This document shows, in pieces, positions 28,808 through 42,626 of a stretch of DNA of 64,000 nucleotides; position 1 is the stretch's first letter; every line of letters starts with the position of its first letter. Under the pieces are notes generated by a model. That model did not search any database. It saw nothing but the letters and a program-made list of their open reading frames with translations, and was not told where the DNA came from. Made by a program: the position numbers and the translations under genes. The DNA is from Eledone cirrhosa. Taxonomy: Eukaryota. Location: the NCBI GenBank assembly GCA_964016885.1, contig OZ024741.1:326244001-326308000 (forward strand), written 5' to 3'.

Positions 28808-28848
28808 TAGTTTTAAAAATGCCGCACTAGCTAATACAACATCTCTAG
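28767..28848. repeat. 82-bp zero-spacer palindrome at the PLE 5' truncation point
   Basis: ctagagatgtt.tattagctagtgcggcatttttaaaacta|tagttttaaaaatgccgcactagctaata.aacatctctag. Confidence 0.95.
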
Positions 28849-28849
28849 A

Positions 28850-29110
28850 TGTTAGCGGCTCTCCAGCTATCTATTTAAAGCTGTATATGGCTATGGTGCG
28901 ACCAGAGTTAGAATTTGCATCACCGGACTGGAACCCCCTATCATGCTCAGAACATTGACCGCCTGTAAACTGTTCAGAGACGTGCAACCAAGCGAATACC
29001 CTCCATCAGGCATCTACCATACTCTGCATGTTTTGCTTCCATGGGCATGGTTACATTTAAGCTCCGACGTCTGGTAACAGATTGGTAAACACCTACAAAA
29101 TGATTAACCA
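28850..29110 (+). mobile_element. Decayed CR1-type LINE RT C-terminal fragment
   Basis: LYMAMVRPELEFASPDWNP..TVQRRATKRIPSIRHLPY..LRRL..TYKM. Confidence 0.7.
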
Positions 29111-29201
29111 ACTTGCCCACAACCCTGAGTAGCTTTCTGACTTCCATGCGTCGAATAAACGTGGGCATGCCAACAAAGTCAGAAAACAGCACTGCTCCCA
29201 T

Positions 29202-29271
<70 letters not shown>

Positions 29272-29414
29272 TATAGAGAAAAATACTGCAGGTAGCACAT
29301 GGATAACATGTAATAAAATAAGTCCCTCATCAGTGATTTGCCGAAGATCATAGATATTTCATTGCATTAAAAATCATATATCTCACTTCGGTGCAATAAT
29401 AACCAAAATAAGTT

Positions 29415-29493
29415 ATATATATATATATGCCAATCCACCGTGTGTGTATATATATATATATATGCCAATCCACCGGGTGTATATATATGTATG

Positions 29494-29525
<32 letters not shown>

Positions 29526-29587
29526 TGTATGTATATATATATGTATGTATATATATATATGTATATATGTATATATATATATGTATG

Positions 29588-29618
<31 letters not shown>

Positions 29619-29635
29619 ATATATATATATGTATG

Positions 29636-29699
<64 letters not shown>

Positions 29700-29971
29700 C
29701 ATACATATATATATACATACATATATATATATACATACATATATATATATATATATACATACATATATATATATACATATATACATATATATATATACAT
29801 ACATATATATATATATACATACATATATATATATATATACATACATATATATATATATGTATGTATATATATGTATATATATATATATGTATGTATATAT
29901 ATATATATGTAGATATATATGTATGTATATATATATATATGTATATATGTATATATATATATATATGTATG

Positions 29972-30002
<31 letters not shown>

Positions 30003-30011
30003 GTATATATG

Positions 30012-30059
<48 letters not shown>

Positions 30060-30087
30060 GAGATATATATATATATGTAGATATATG

Positions 30088-30141
<54 letters not shown>

Positions 30142-30143
30142 GA

Positions 30144-30176
<33 letters not shown>

Positions 30177-30182
30177 GTAGAG

Positions 30183-30230
<48 letters not shown>

Positions 30231-30264
30231 GTATGTATAAAATGTATATAAATATATATATATG

Positions 30265-30318
<54 letters not shown>

Positions 30319-30406
30319 TGTATGTATAAAATGTATATATATATATATATATCTGTATATATATATATGTATATTATGAATATATATATATGTATATATG
30401 TATATA
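29415..30406. repeat. Compound (TA)n/(TATG)n array
   Basis: Direct reading. Confidence 0.9.
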
Positions 30407-31602
30407 TAACTTTGAATAACTTTGAAATGTTTTGGCCAGTATTGGCCCAGGCCATGTCTAACTTAATAGCACCACCTGGCGAAGTCTTTCAATTCAGGAT
30501 TTGGGCACCATGGCCCATTCTAGAAGAGAATTACTGTTTGCGGAGACATATCCGGGTGTGGGTGGTTTGTCCGGGATTACTTGGAGGAATTTGTCCAAAG
30601 ACTTCTTGAATTTTGTGTGGTCAGTTTCTGTTTTGACGTGTCCTGGTGTGATGTTGAAGAGAGTAGGGCCGATTGAGGTGAAATAATTGTGCCGTATTGT
30701 TGTTATGAGTTGCGATTTAGATTTTTGAATGGGACGGATAGCACGGGGCCCAAGCCTTGGGTGTATCTTGAAGGCGATGCCAACATCATTTGGGCAGTGA
30801 TGATGGAACATTTTCCACATCATGCAGATAATATAACGCTCACGGCGACGTTGGAGTGAGTAAAGTTTCAGGTTTTCTAATCGACCCCAGTAGTCAAGGT
30901 CTGACATGCCATCTATCTTTTTCGTGATTGCCCTTTGAGGAGCTTCAAGTTTCATGATACTTTGTTTCGTGTGGGGAGACCACAGTGGACAACAGTATTC
31001 AAGGTGTGGTAGGGCGAAAGTAGAGAAGAGAAGGATAATGGTGCGGGAATCTCTCGACTGGAAGGTTCTGAGGATCCAGGAACACATTCTGCGGGCCATG
31101 TCAACTTTGCTGCTTATATGCGTGGTCCAGCTTATGTTGCTGTCCACGGTTACTCCCAAGTCTCTGATGTTGTTAGATGCCACGAGAGTTTCCCCGGAGG
31201 GAAGGGAGTACGGGAGTTTCAGAGCATCCTCTTTTCCAAAGTGGATCAGTTCGAATTTGTCTTCGTTCAGTAACATGTTGTTCTTTTCTGCCCATTGGGT
31301 AACAGCCAGTAGGTCTGACTGAAGGCTTATCCGGTCATCCACGCCATTGATGACCTTTTGGAGCTTGGAATCATCAGCAAAAATTTTAATGTTGCTGTGT
31401 TTGATGATGTCAGTGATGTCATTAATGTAGATGATGAAGAGAAGTGGGCCCAACACAGTGCCTTGTGGGACCCCACTACTGACTTTGGCTGGGCTTGATT
31501 TGACTCCCTCAACTACAACATGTTGGGTTCTGTTTGACAGGAAGCTCTTGATCCACTGCAGCAGCTTTCCAGTGACACCAATATTGGACAGCTTTCTCAG
31601 TA
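30407..31602 (-). mobile_element. 5'-truncated CR1/L2-group LINE (family B)
   Basis: [33 protein letters not shown]; tail of ttcaaagtta repeats; nearly identical to ~38358-39563. Confidence 0.92.
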
Positions 31603-31678
31603 TATATGTATGTATATATATATATGTATGTATGTATATGTATATGTATGTATGTATATATATGTATATATATTTATG

Positions 31679-31718
<40 letters not shown>

Positions 31719-32015
31719 TATGTATATATATATGTATATGTATGTATATATATATATGTATATGTATGTATATATATATATGTATATGTATGTATATATA
31801 TATATGTATATGTATGTATAAATATATATATGTATATGTATGTATATATATATATATATGTAGATGTATGTATATATGTATATGTATGTATATATATATA
31901 TATGTATATGTATGTATATATATATATGTATGTATGTATGTATATATATGTATATGTATGTATATATATGTATGTATGTATATATATGTATATGTATGTA
32001 TATATATGTATATAT

Positions 32016-32047
<32 letters not shown>

Positions 32048-32442
32048 GTATATGTATGTATATATATATGTATATGTATGTATATATATATATATATGTA
32101 TATGTATGTATATGTATGTATATATATATGTATATGTATGTATACATATATATATATGTATATGTATGTATATGTATGTATATATATATGTATATGTATG
32201 TATATATATATGTATATGTATGTATATATATGTATATGTATGTATATATATATATGTATGTATATATATGTATATGTATGTATATATATGTATATGTATG
32301 TATATATATGTATATGTATGTATATATATGTATATGTATGTATATATATGTATATGTATGTATATATATGTATATGTATGTATATATATGTATATGTATG
32401 TATATATATATATATGTATATGTATGTATACATATATATATG

Positions 32443-32479
<37 letters not shown>

Positions 32480-32520
32480 GTATATGTATGCATACATACA
32501 TATATATATGTATATGTATG

Positions 32521-32551
<31 letters not shown>

Positions 32552-32993
32552 GTATATGTATGTATATATATATATATATGTATATGTATGTATATATATA
32601 TATGTATATGTATGTATATATATATATGTATATGTATGTATATATATATATGTATATGTATGTATATATGTATATGTATGTATATATATATATATGTATG
32701 TATATATATATATATGTATATGTATGTATATATATATATGTATATGTATGTATATATATGTATATGTATGTATATATATATATATGTATGTATATATATA
32801 TATATGTATATGTATGTATATATGTATGTATATATATATATATATGTATATGTATATATATATATATGTATATGTATGTATATATATATATATGTATATG
32901 TATGTATATATATATATATATGTATATATATGTATATGTATATACATGTATATATATATATGTATATATATGTATATATATATGTATATATAT
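31603..32993. repeat. ~1.4-kb (TATATG/TATG)n array
   Basis: Direct reading. Confidence 0.95.
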
Positions 32994-35687
32994 CTCTTTT
33001 ACTCTTTTATCTGTTTCAGCCACCCGGCTGAGGCCATGCTGGGGCACCGCCCTTGTTGCTACACATTTTATCTCCAGCCTGTATAGGTTGGCCACTGGTG
33101 CAGGAGGGAGTTTGTTGCTGCTGCCCTTAGGTTTCCCTCGTGTCTTGCTGTGGGCTCATCGGTGATCCTGGATAACAAAGTGTCGAGATGTTTCTTAAAG
33201 ACATCCACCTCCACGTCATGCAAGTCTCTTAGATGCTTCGGCAGCCTGTTGAAGAGTTGAGGGCCCTTGAATCCCAGACTATTGCAATACTTGCTCCTTA
33301 TTCTAGATGTGGAAAACGGGACCTTTGGCACCACACAGTGACGTCCTGTTCGACGGTTGGTCCAGCTCCCAAAGCCAAAGTTTGGCGCTAGTCCCTCCAG
33401 GATTTTCCACATGTAGATCACTGCGTATCTCTCCCGTCTTCGCTCCAAGGAGTAGAGGTTCAATTCCTTTAGCCTCTCCCAGTAGCTTGTCTCCCTCATC
33501 TTGGCAATCCTCTTGGTGTAGCTTCGCTGGATTGCCTCAAGCTCTGTGGTTAGTTTGACACTATGGGGTGACCACAACTGGGAGCAGTAGTCCAGGCGGC
33601 TTAGGACAAAAGTCCTCCACAGTGTCAACATGGTGTCTCGATCTCTTGTCCGGAAAGTCCTCAAGATCCAGCCAGTGAGTCGTCTGCATGTTGTCACCAC
33701 TTTCATGATGTGTGAAGAAAAAGATGCTTCATCGCTCATGTCTATGCCCAGGTCTCGTATCGATTTTGATACGGGGATAAGGTCCCTCCTGGTCCTGTGT
33801 AGCTGTGTTCCACTATATTTGTGTTTGCAGGTTTGTATTGTAGGGCTTGGAATTTGCCAGCATTAAACTGCATGTTGTTTTCTTCCGCCCATCTGTATAT
33901 GGCATCCAAATCCTGCTGTAAAAGGGCAGCGTCAGCCGGGTTTTTGATTGCCTGTGCTACCTTAGTGTCATCAGCATAGCTAGTGAGGGATGTTGTTGAA
34001 TGCAACACAGAGGGCATGTCCGAGAGAGCCACCAAAAACTGTAGTGGTCCCAGGACTGTCCCCTGGTGCACCCCACTTGTTATCGGTGTCTCCCTCGAGA
34101 GGGCCCCATTTGCTGCGACTGCCTGGCTTCTGTCCCTTAGGAAGCCATGCAGCCACTCACCTACTTTTCCAGTTATGCCGAGTCCGTGTAGTTTGTGACA
34201 TATCATTCCGTGGTCGACCTTGTCAAAGGCCTTCGCAAAGTCAAGATATATCACGTCCACATGTGAGCTGTCTAGTAGTTGTCTCAGTACCCAGCCGTAG
34301 TGATGTAGCAGCTGTGTAAGGCAGCTTCTTCCTGGGCAGAAGCCATGTTGCGTGCTAGTCAGGCAGTCATTATCTTCGAGGAAAGTGATTAGTTTCTTTC
34401 TGACGACTCGCTCCATGACCTTACTGATATGCGACGTCAGGGAGACTGGCCTATAGTTCTTGGCCTCCGCTCTACTACCTCCTTTATGGATAGGGCATAT
34501 TGTGCCTTCTTTCAGCTCCCTGGGTAGTACACCGCTAGCCAAGGAGCTTCTGAAGAGCATCTTCAGTGGAGTTGCTAAGGCCCGCTTACATATTTTTAGG
34601 AGAACTGCTGGGAATCCATCAGGTCCAGCAGCCGAGTCTGTTCTAATTTCAACAATGGCGTACACCACATCCTCCTCCGTTATGTCTATGTGATTGATGG
34701 TTGCCATTTCTTGATGTAGTGTTGTGGCATCAAAGAACTCCTCTGGCTTCGTTATTTGCATGTGCCTCAGTGGACATGTGAAGACACTTTTGTACTGTTC
34801 GTTCAGTATTTCACATATCTCTTGGGGATTTTCGGTTAATGAACCGTCCGTGTGGAAGAGTGGCCCAATCTTGCAGTGTACTGAGGCAGTTTCTTTTGCA
34901 AATTTAAAGAAGGCCTTAGGGTTTGTTTTAATGTTTTCTATGGCCCTGTTCTCTTTCTTTGCCCTCTCATACTTATGTGAAAGTTTGAGTGCAATCTCGG
35001 TGTCAAGTAGTGCACATTTCAAATAGGATTCCTTCTTGTTTTTGTTTTGTTGACTATTCAACTGGTTTGAGAGTTTAGTTCTACGTCTCATAAGGATTTT
35101 CCTATCTCTGGGAATAAGATTTTTGTGTCTGTTTGCCTCTTTCTCCGGGACACACTTTTTGCATATGGTGTGTATCGTTGTCATGAAGTGTTGAAATTGT
35201 GTGTTAGTGTCTTGTGTGGCGGTGTTTTCACTCCATGTTTGCTTCCGGATTTCACTATTAATCTTTTTCCAGTTAGCCTTATAGAAGTTAAGGTTGGACA
35301 GCGTCCCGGAGTTTCTTGGTGGTTTTGTCTCTGTTGGTTCTCTTGGACCACATATCATTAGCTCTACTAAGTTATGATCCGAGAGAATTGTTGGTGTCAC
35401 CTTTACATTGTGGATGAGCACTTCGTTGTTTGTAAAACAGAGGTCCAGGACATTTTCGCCTCTTGTTGGGAGGAGTATTGCTTGCTCCATGAACAGCCTG
35501 TGTGTGAGGGCCAGCAGGGATTCCGTCTGTCTCTGTTCTATTGACGTCATTCCAGGGAGGAGGTGGCCCTCAGGCCATTTGACCTTTGGTAGGTTGAAGT
35601 CTCCCAGCAGTAGGATGTTGAGACCCTGGTCCAGTTTGTCAAGGACCTCTTCTATCCTACTTAGGCTATCCTCAAATTTACCCTCAT
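32994..35687 (-). mobile_element. 5'-truncated second copy of LINE family A, one frameshift near 33780
   Basis: Track ORFs 33742-35550 and 33068-33739 are nearly identical to 20934-23560. Confidence 0.92.
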
Positions 35688-35820
35688 ATGTATACGTATA
35701 TATGTATATATATATATGTATTTATATGTATATATATATATGTATATATATGTGTATATATGTATATATATGTATATATATATATGTGTATATATGTATA
35801 TATATGTATATATATATATG

Positions 35821-35866
<46 letters not shown>

Positions 35867-35878
35867 GATACATATACC

Positions 35879-35912
<34 letters not shown>

Positions 35913-36059
35913 CATATAACTATGTATATATATATGTATATATATATATATCTACGTATATATATATATATATATATAACTATGTATATATATATATGTA
36001 TGTATATATATATATATATATAAATATATCTATGTATATATTTATATATATATATATAT

Positions 36060-37248
36060 ATTAAGACAGGCGGGAAGAAAAAATGGCTTCACTTGTGCTT
36101 TCAACAAATTTATTTTCTTCACAAAATCCAAAAAGAATTATTTTCCGGATTAGAAAAAAAAATTTTTTTTTTTTTTAAATTATTTTATAAATTAAGTTAG
36201 GTCTTAGGAGTTCTTGGTTAACGTAGGAGGTATTGTTTCGTTTTTAGAACGACCTTTCACGCTGAGGTGCGCTTGTCAAACTGATGTGTATGTGGTGTGT
36301 TGTTCTATATATAGGGATTTAACATGTCTGTGGTGTGGTGGGTTTTTTTTTTTTTTTTTTTTCCCCTTTTAATAAGTGTATGGGTGTAGGTGTGGGAAAA
36401 AGTGTTAATAGCAGTAATGAGTTGACACGGTGAGTAGGGTTGGGTTAGGAGAAATGTAGCAAGTGCGGCCTGCCCCGGTCATTCTCGAAAAATTCCTTTA
36501 TTCAGGGGATTCCTTTGTGTTGAGAATGGTCACAGGCAAATCGCACCTGCCAAGTTTGTAAAGAATTATTTTTTTCTGAATAGGTGTGTGCCTATATATT
36601 CCTACATATTCCCGTGTGTGTATGTACGTATATGCGCACATATGTGTGTGTTGAACAAAGGACTAATTTTGGGATGGACGTAGAAAAATTCTTCAGAAAA
36701 AAATAATTGTTTACAAACTTGGCAGGTGCGATTTGCCTGTGACAATTCTCAACACAAAGGAATCCCCTGAATAAAGGAATGTTTCGAGAATGACCGGGGC
36801 AGGCCGCACTTGCTACATTTCTCCCCACCCAACCCTACTCACCGTCTCAACTCATTACTGCTATTAACAATTTATCAACACACCTACACCCATACACTTA
36901 TTAAAAGGGGGACAAAAAAAAAAATTAAAAACCGACCACACCACAGACATGTTAAATCCCTATATATAGAACAACACACCACATACACATCAGTTTGACA
37001 AGCGCACCTCAGCGTGAAAGGTCGTTCTAAAAACGAAACAATACCTCCTACATTAACCAAGAACTCCTAAGACCTAACTTAATTTATAAAATAATTCTTT
37101 TTAAGAAAAAAATGTTTTTTCTAATCCGGAAAAAAATTCTTTTTTGATTTTGTAAAGAAAATAAATTTGTTGAAAGCACAGGTGAAGGCAGTTTTTCTTC
37201 CCCCCTATCTTAATATACCTAACTGTACCAAGGATTACACACATTTTC

Positions 37249-37250
<2 letters not shown>
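36060..37250. repeat. Large fold-back: two inverted ~520-bp copies of one repeat family, ~110-bp spacer, between (TA)n arrays
   Basis: 36060-36580 is the reverse complement of ~36690-37215; third copy at 47993-48648. Confidence 0.9.
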
Positions 37251-37338
<88 letters not shown>

Positions 37339-37383
37339 GTATGTATATATATGTATATATATATGTATATATATATCTATATC

Positions 37384-37436
<53 letters not shown>

Positions 37437-37555
37437 GTATGTATATATATATATGTATGTATATATATATACGTATGTATATATATATATATGTATGTAT
37501 ATATATATATGTATGTATATATATATATATATATGTATGTATATATATATGTATG

Positions 37556-37607
<52 letters not shown>

Positions 37608-37660
37608 AACATACATACATATACATACATACATATATATACATACATACATATATATAC

Positions 37661-37699
<39 letters not shown>

Positions 37700-37719
37700 C
37701 ATATATATACATAGATATA

Positions 37720-37757
<38 letters not shown>

Positions 37758-37758
37758 C

Positions 37759-37826
<68 letters not shown>

Positions 37827-37870
37827 ATATATATATATATATGTATGTATATATATATATATATGTATGT

Positions 37871-39561
37871 ATAACGTTTGGCGCCCCTGATGTCTTGGCG
37901 GCAATAAAGGAAATCAAGCATAATTCAGCAGTAGGTCCCGATAGGTTCCCTGCTTGTGTCTTGAAGGCGTGTCAACACCAACTTGCATCTCCTCTTGCCA
38001 ATCTGTGGCGGAACTCACTGGATGCTGGATATGTGCCAGAAAACCTTCTATCCCAGTCTGTTGTCCCAGTTTTCAAAAAGGGAAACAAATCCCTTGCCGT
38101 GAATTACCGTCCAATCTCACTCACCTCTCATATCATTAAGGTATTTGAGCGAGTGGTGTGATCGCGAATGACCCACTTCCTTGAGAGTAACAATATGCTG
38201 AACTCCAACCAGCATGTATTCCGTAATGGAAGGGATTGCCTGACGCAGCTACTGCATCACTTTGATGACATTTTGAGAGCCTTGGGAGAGGGTTCCAACA
38301 CTGATGTTATCTACCTTGATTTCAGCAAGGCCTTTGACAGGGTTGATCATAACATTCTACTGAGAAAGCTGTCCAATATTGGTGTCACTGGAAAGCTGCT
38401 GCAGTGGATCAAGAGCTTCCTGTCAAACAGAACCCAACATGTTGTAGTTGAGGGAGTCAAATCAAGCCCAGCCAAAGTCAGTAGTGGGGTCCCACAAGGC
38501 ACTGTGTTGGGCCCACTTCTCTTCATCATCTATATTAATGACATCACTGACATCATCAAACACAGCAACATTAAAATTTTCGCTGATGATTCCAATCTCC
38601 AAAAGGTCATCAATGGCGTGGATGACCGGATAAGCCTTCAATCAGACCTACTGGCTGTTACCCAATGGGCAGAAAAGAACAACATGTTACTGAACGAAGA
38701 CAAATTCGAACTGATCCACTTTGGAAAAGAGGATGCTCTGAAACTCCCGTACTCCCTTCCCTCCGGGGAAACTCTCGTGGCATCTAACAACATCAGAGAC
38801 TTGGGAGTAACCGTGGACAGCAACATAAGCTGGACCACGCATATAAGCAGCAAAGTTGACATGGCCCGCAGAATGTGTTCCTGGATCCTCAGAACCTTCC
38901 AGTCGAGAGATTCCCGCACCATTATCCTTCTCTTCTCTACTTTCGCCCGACCACACCTTGAATACTGTTGTCCACTGTGGTCTCCCCACACGAAACAAAG
39001 TATCATGAAACTTGAAGCTCCTCAAAGGGCAATCACGAAAAAGATAGATGGCATGTCAGACCTTGACTACTGGGGTCGATTAGAAAACCTGAAACTTTAC
39101 TCACTCCAACGTCGCCGTGAGCGTTATATTATCTGCATGATGTGGAAAATGTTCCATCATCACTGCCCAAATGATGTTGGCATCGCCTTCAAGATACACC
39201 CAAGGCTTGGGCCCCGTGCTATCCGTCCCATTCAAAAATCTAAATCGCAACTCATAACAACAATACGGCACAATTATTTCACCTCAATCGGCCCTGCTCT
39301 CTTCAACATCACACCAGGACACGTCAAAACAGAAACTGACCACACAAAATTCAAGAAGTCTTTGGACAAATTCCTCCAAGTAATCCCGGACAAACCACCC
39401 ACACCCGGATATGTCTCCGCAAACAGTAATTCTCTTCTCGAATGGGCCATGGTGCCCAAATCCTGAATTGAAAGACTTCGCCAGGTGGTGCTATTAAGTT
39501 AGACATGGCCTGGGCCAATACTGGCCAAAACATTTCAAAGTTATTCAAAGTTATTCAAAGT

Positions 39562-39563
<2 letters not shown>
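37871..39563 (+). mobile_element. 5'-truncated LINE family B copy
   Basis: GPDRFP..NYRPISL (stop at ~38160) then ORF 38168-39466 with YLDFSKAFD and FADD; tail (ttcaaagtta)3. Confidence 0.92.
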
Positions 39564-40804
<1,241 letters not shown>

Positions 40805-41373
40805 TAAAAACAAATAACGAAACGAAATTAAATTTCGTTTCGTTTGTAACTCACTTTTGTATGACTGACGCTTAAACAATTAAGTTAAAAATGTACATCC
40901 ACATATGTATACTGAAATACTAGTATGCGTATGAATACACACACGTATTCATATGTAGATGTACCAAGTCTTTCACTGGTCACTTTACTGTGAGTGGCCA
41001 GCTATTCTGTATGTAAACACACAGACAAACCGGTTTTTAGAGTCATACTGGTTTTTGAGGAAACACCTTTCCTCTATTCTACAGAAAGCCAGACAAGGAA
41101 TAGTGAACTAGTTTCGTTGTTGTTACAACTCATCAGCAATATTTACCTATCTACCGGCCTTTCTGGAGAATCGTAAAAGCACATATCGTTATATGCTTTT
41201 TCTATGAAAATTAGTAGTGGGCAGACTAATTTGCATAGAGTGTGAGTACGTACCGGTTCAACGGAGACGATAAAAACAAATAACGAAACGAAATTAAATT
41301 TCGTTTCGTTTGTAACTCACTTTTGTATGACTGACGCTTAAACAATTAAGTTAAAAATGTACATCCACATATG
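40805..41373 (-). mobile_element. Non-coding ~570-bp element with ~103-bp identical direct terminal repeats and an internal hammerhead (pLTR or retrozyme-like)
   Basis: 40805-40907 equals 41271-41373; hammerhead at 41099-41143. Confidence 0.7.
41099..41143 (-). ncRNA. Minimal type-I hammerhead
   Basis: aatattg CTGATGA gttg taacaa caac GAAAC TA GTT cactatt. Confidence 0.78.
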
Positions 41374-41485
41374 ACTCCAGTTCCCCAGTGAATTAACAAC
41401 CCAACAAGGAACTGGGCATATCAGAGTATTGACAATATCATACACCTAAACAACATATGTACTTGTCTATACCATACTAATTCAA

Positions 41486-41540
41486 ACTGCCTGAAGAGGT
41501 CACAACCAAAGATGGCTGTCACTGAAATATATATAGCAGT
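41486..41540 (+). ncRNA. Type-I hammerhead
   Basis: actgc CTGAAGA ggtcacaacca aaga tggctgtcact GAAA TATATA TA gcagt; homolog at 49451-49505. Confidence 0.75.
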
Positions 41541-42626
41541 AATAAACGAAGCTAAATTTTAATCATTTGACTTTTATTTAACTTTATTTTATATATCTAT
41601 ACATATAGACATTAGTACAAACACAAACTAACACTTATTAAGTATCTAAATATATATATATTGTTTACAGTATAATATAATAAAGATAAAAATAAGAATA
41701 AAGATAAAAATAAAATATAATATATAATTCCCTGTCAGTGTGCATAAACAATATAAAAACATTATAATAACATTATAATAACAATATTATAATATATTAG
41801 CATCAAAAGATATACAAAATTACATCATACATATAATTCAAGGTTAACAAATAGTATAAAGTTTTACACAGGGTAAGAAAAAAATCATATAGAACTAAAT
41901 TGTGTTGAAAAAATTGTGTTGAAAAAATATCTATACCATTGTAACAAATACACGGAGGTCAAGTCATTTTACATTGGCATAAATATTACCAAAAATATCA
42001 CAAAATATTACAAAATTTAACATAACAGTACCTCAAATAACAGACATGTATTAAAATCTATAATACGATTACATAAAAATGATATGATATAACAACGTTA
42101 ATATCAAATAGTAAACAGAGTGTAAGGAAATGCTTAATATATATATTTACGTGGTTGACATACACAGACATATATTAATGAAATTACATGATCAGACAGA
42201 CAGCGTGTGGTAGTAAAAAAATAAATAAAATAAACCGAAGATCGAAAAACAAAAACAAGTATATTTACTTAGGTGTCACAAGCGGTTAAGTAAAAAAAAA
42301 AGATAGAAATGTAAACCAGAGAGTTGACTAGAAAACCTTTTTAAATTAATTAATATTAAAAGTATTTAAAATATATATTTAGTCACTTCAAAATTGGCTA
42401 GTGTTTAAGTCATCAAAATCGTATAGGTTTAAGATATCTCAATAAAATTATCAAGAATAGAGTAAAATATGCTCCGTTCAGTCGAATAACGTTATCAAAT
42501 AAAAGGACTCTAAATAGAACTATGGTAGACCAATGGGAACAGAAAGAAGAGAGGTTATGGAGGATAGGAAGGAGCATAAAAAATATATTATATAATATCA
42601 TAAAAAGGAGGATAAAGGTAAAATTT

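Noticed and set aside
42361-42420. Minus-strand TTGATGA..TAAATATATATT as the hammerhead of the 42.6-kb Naiad
   Set aside because: Two core changes and no convincing stem I
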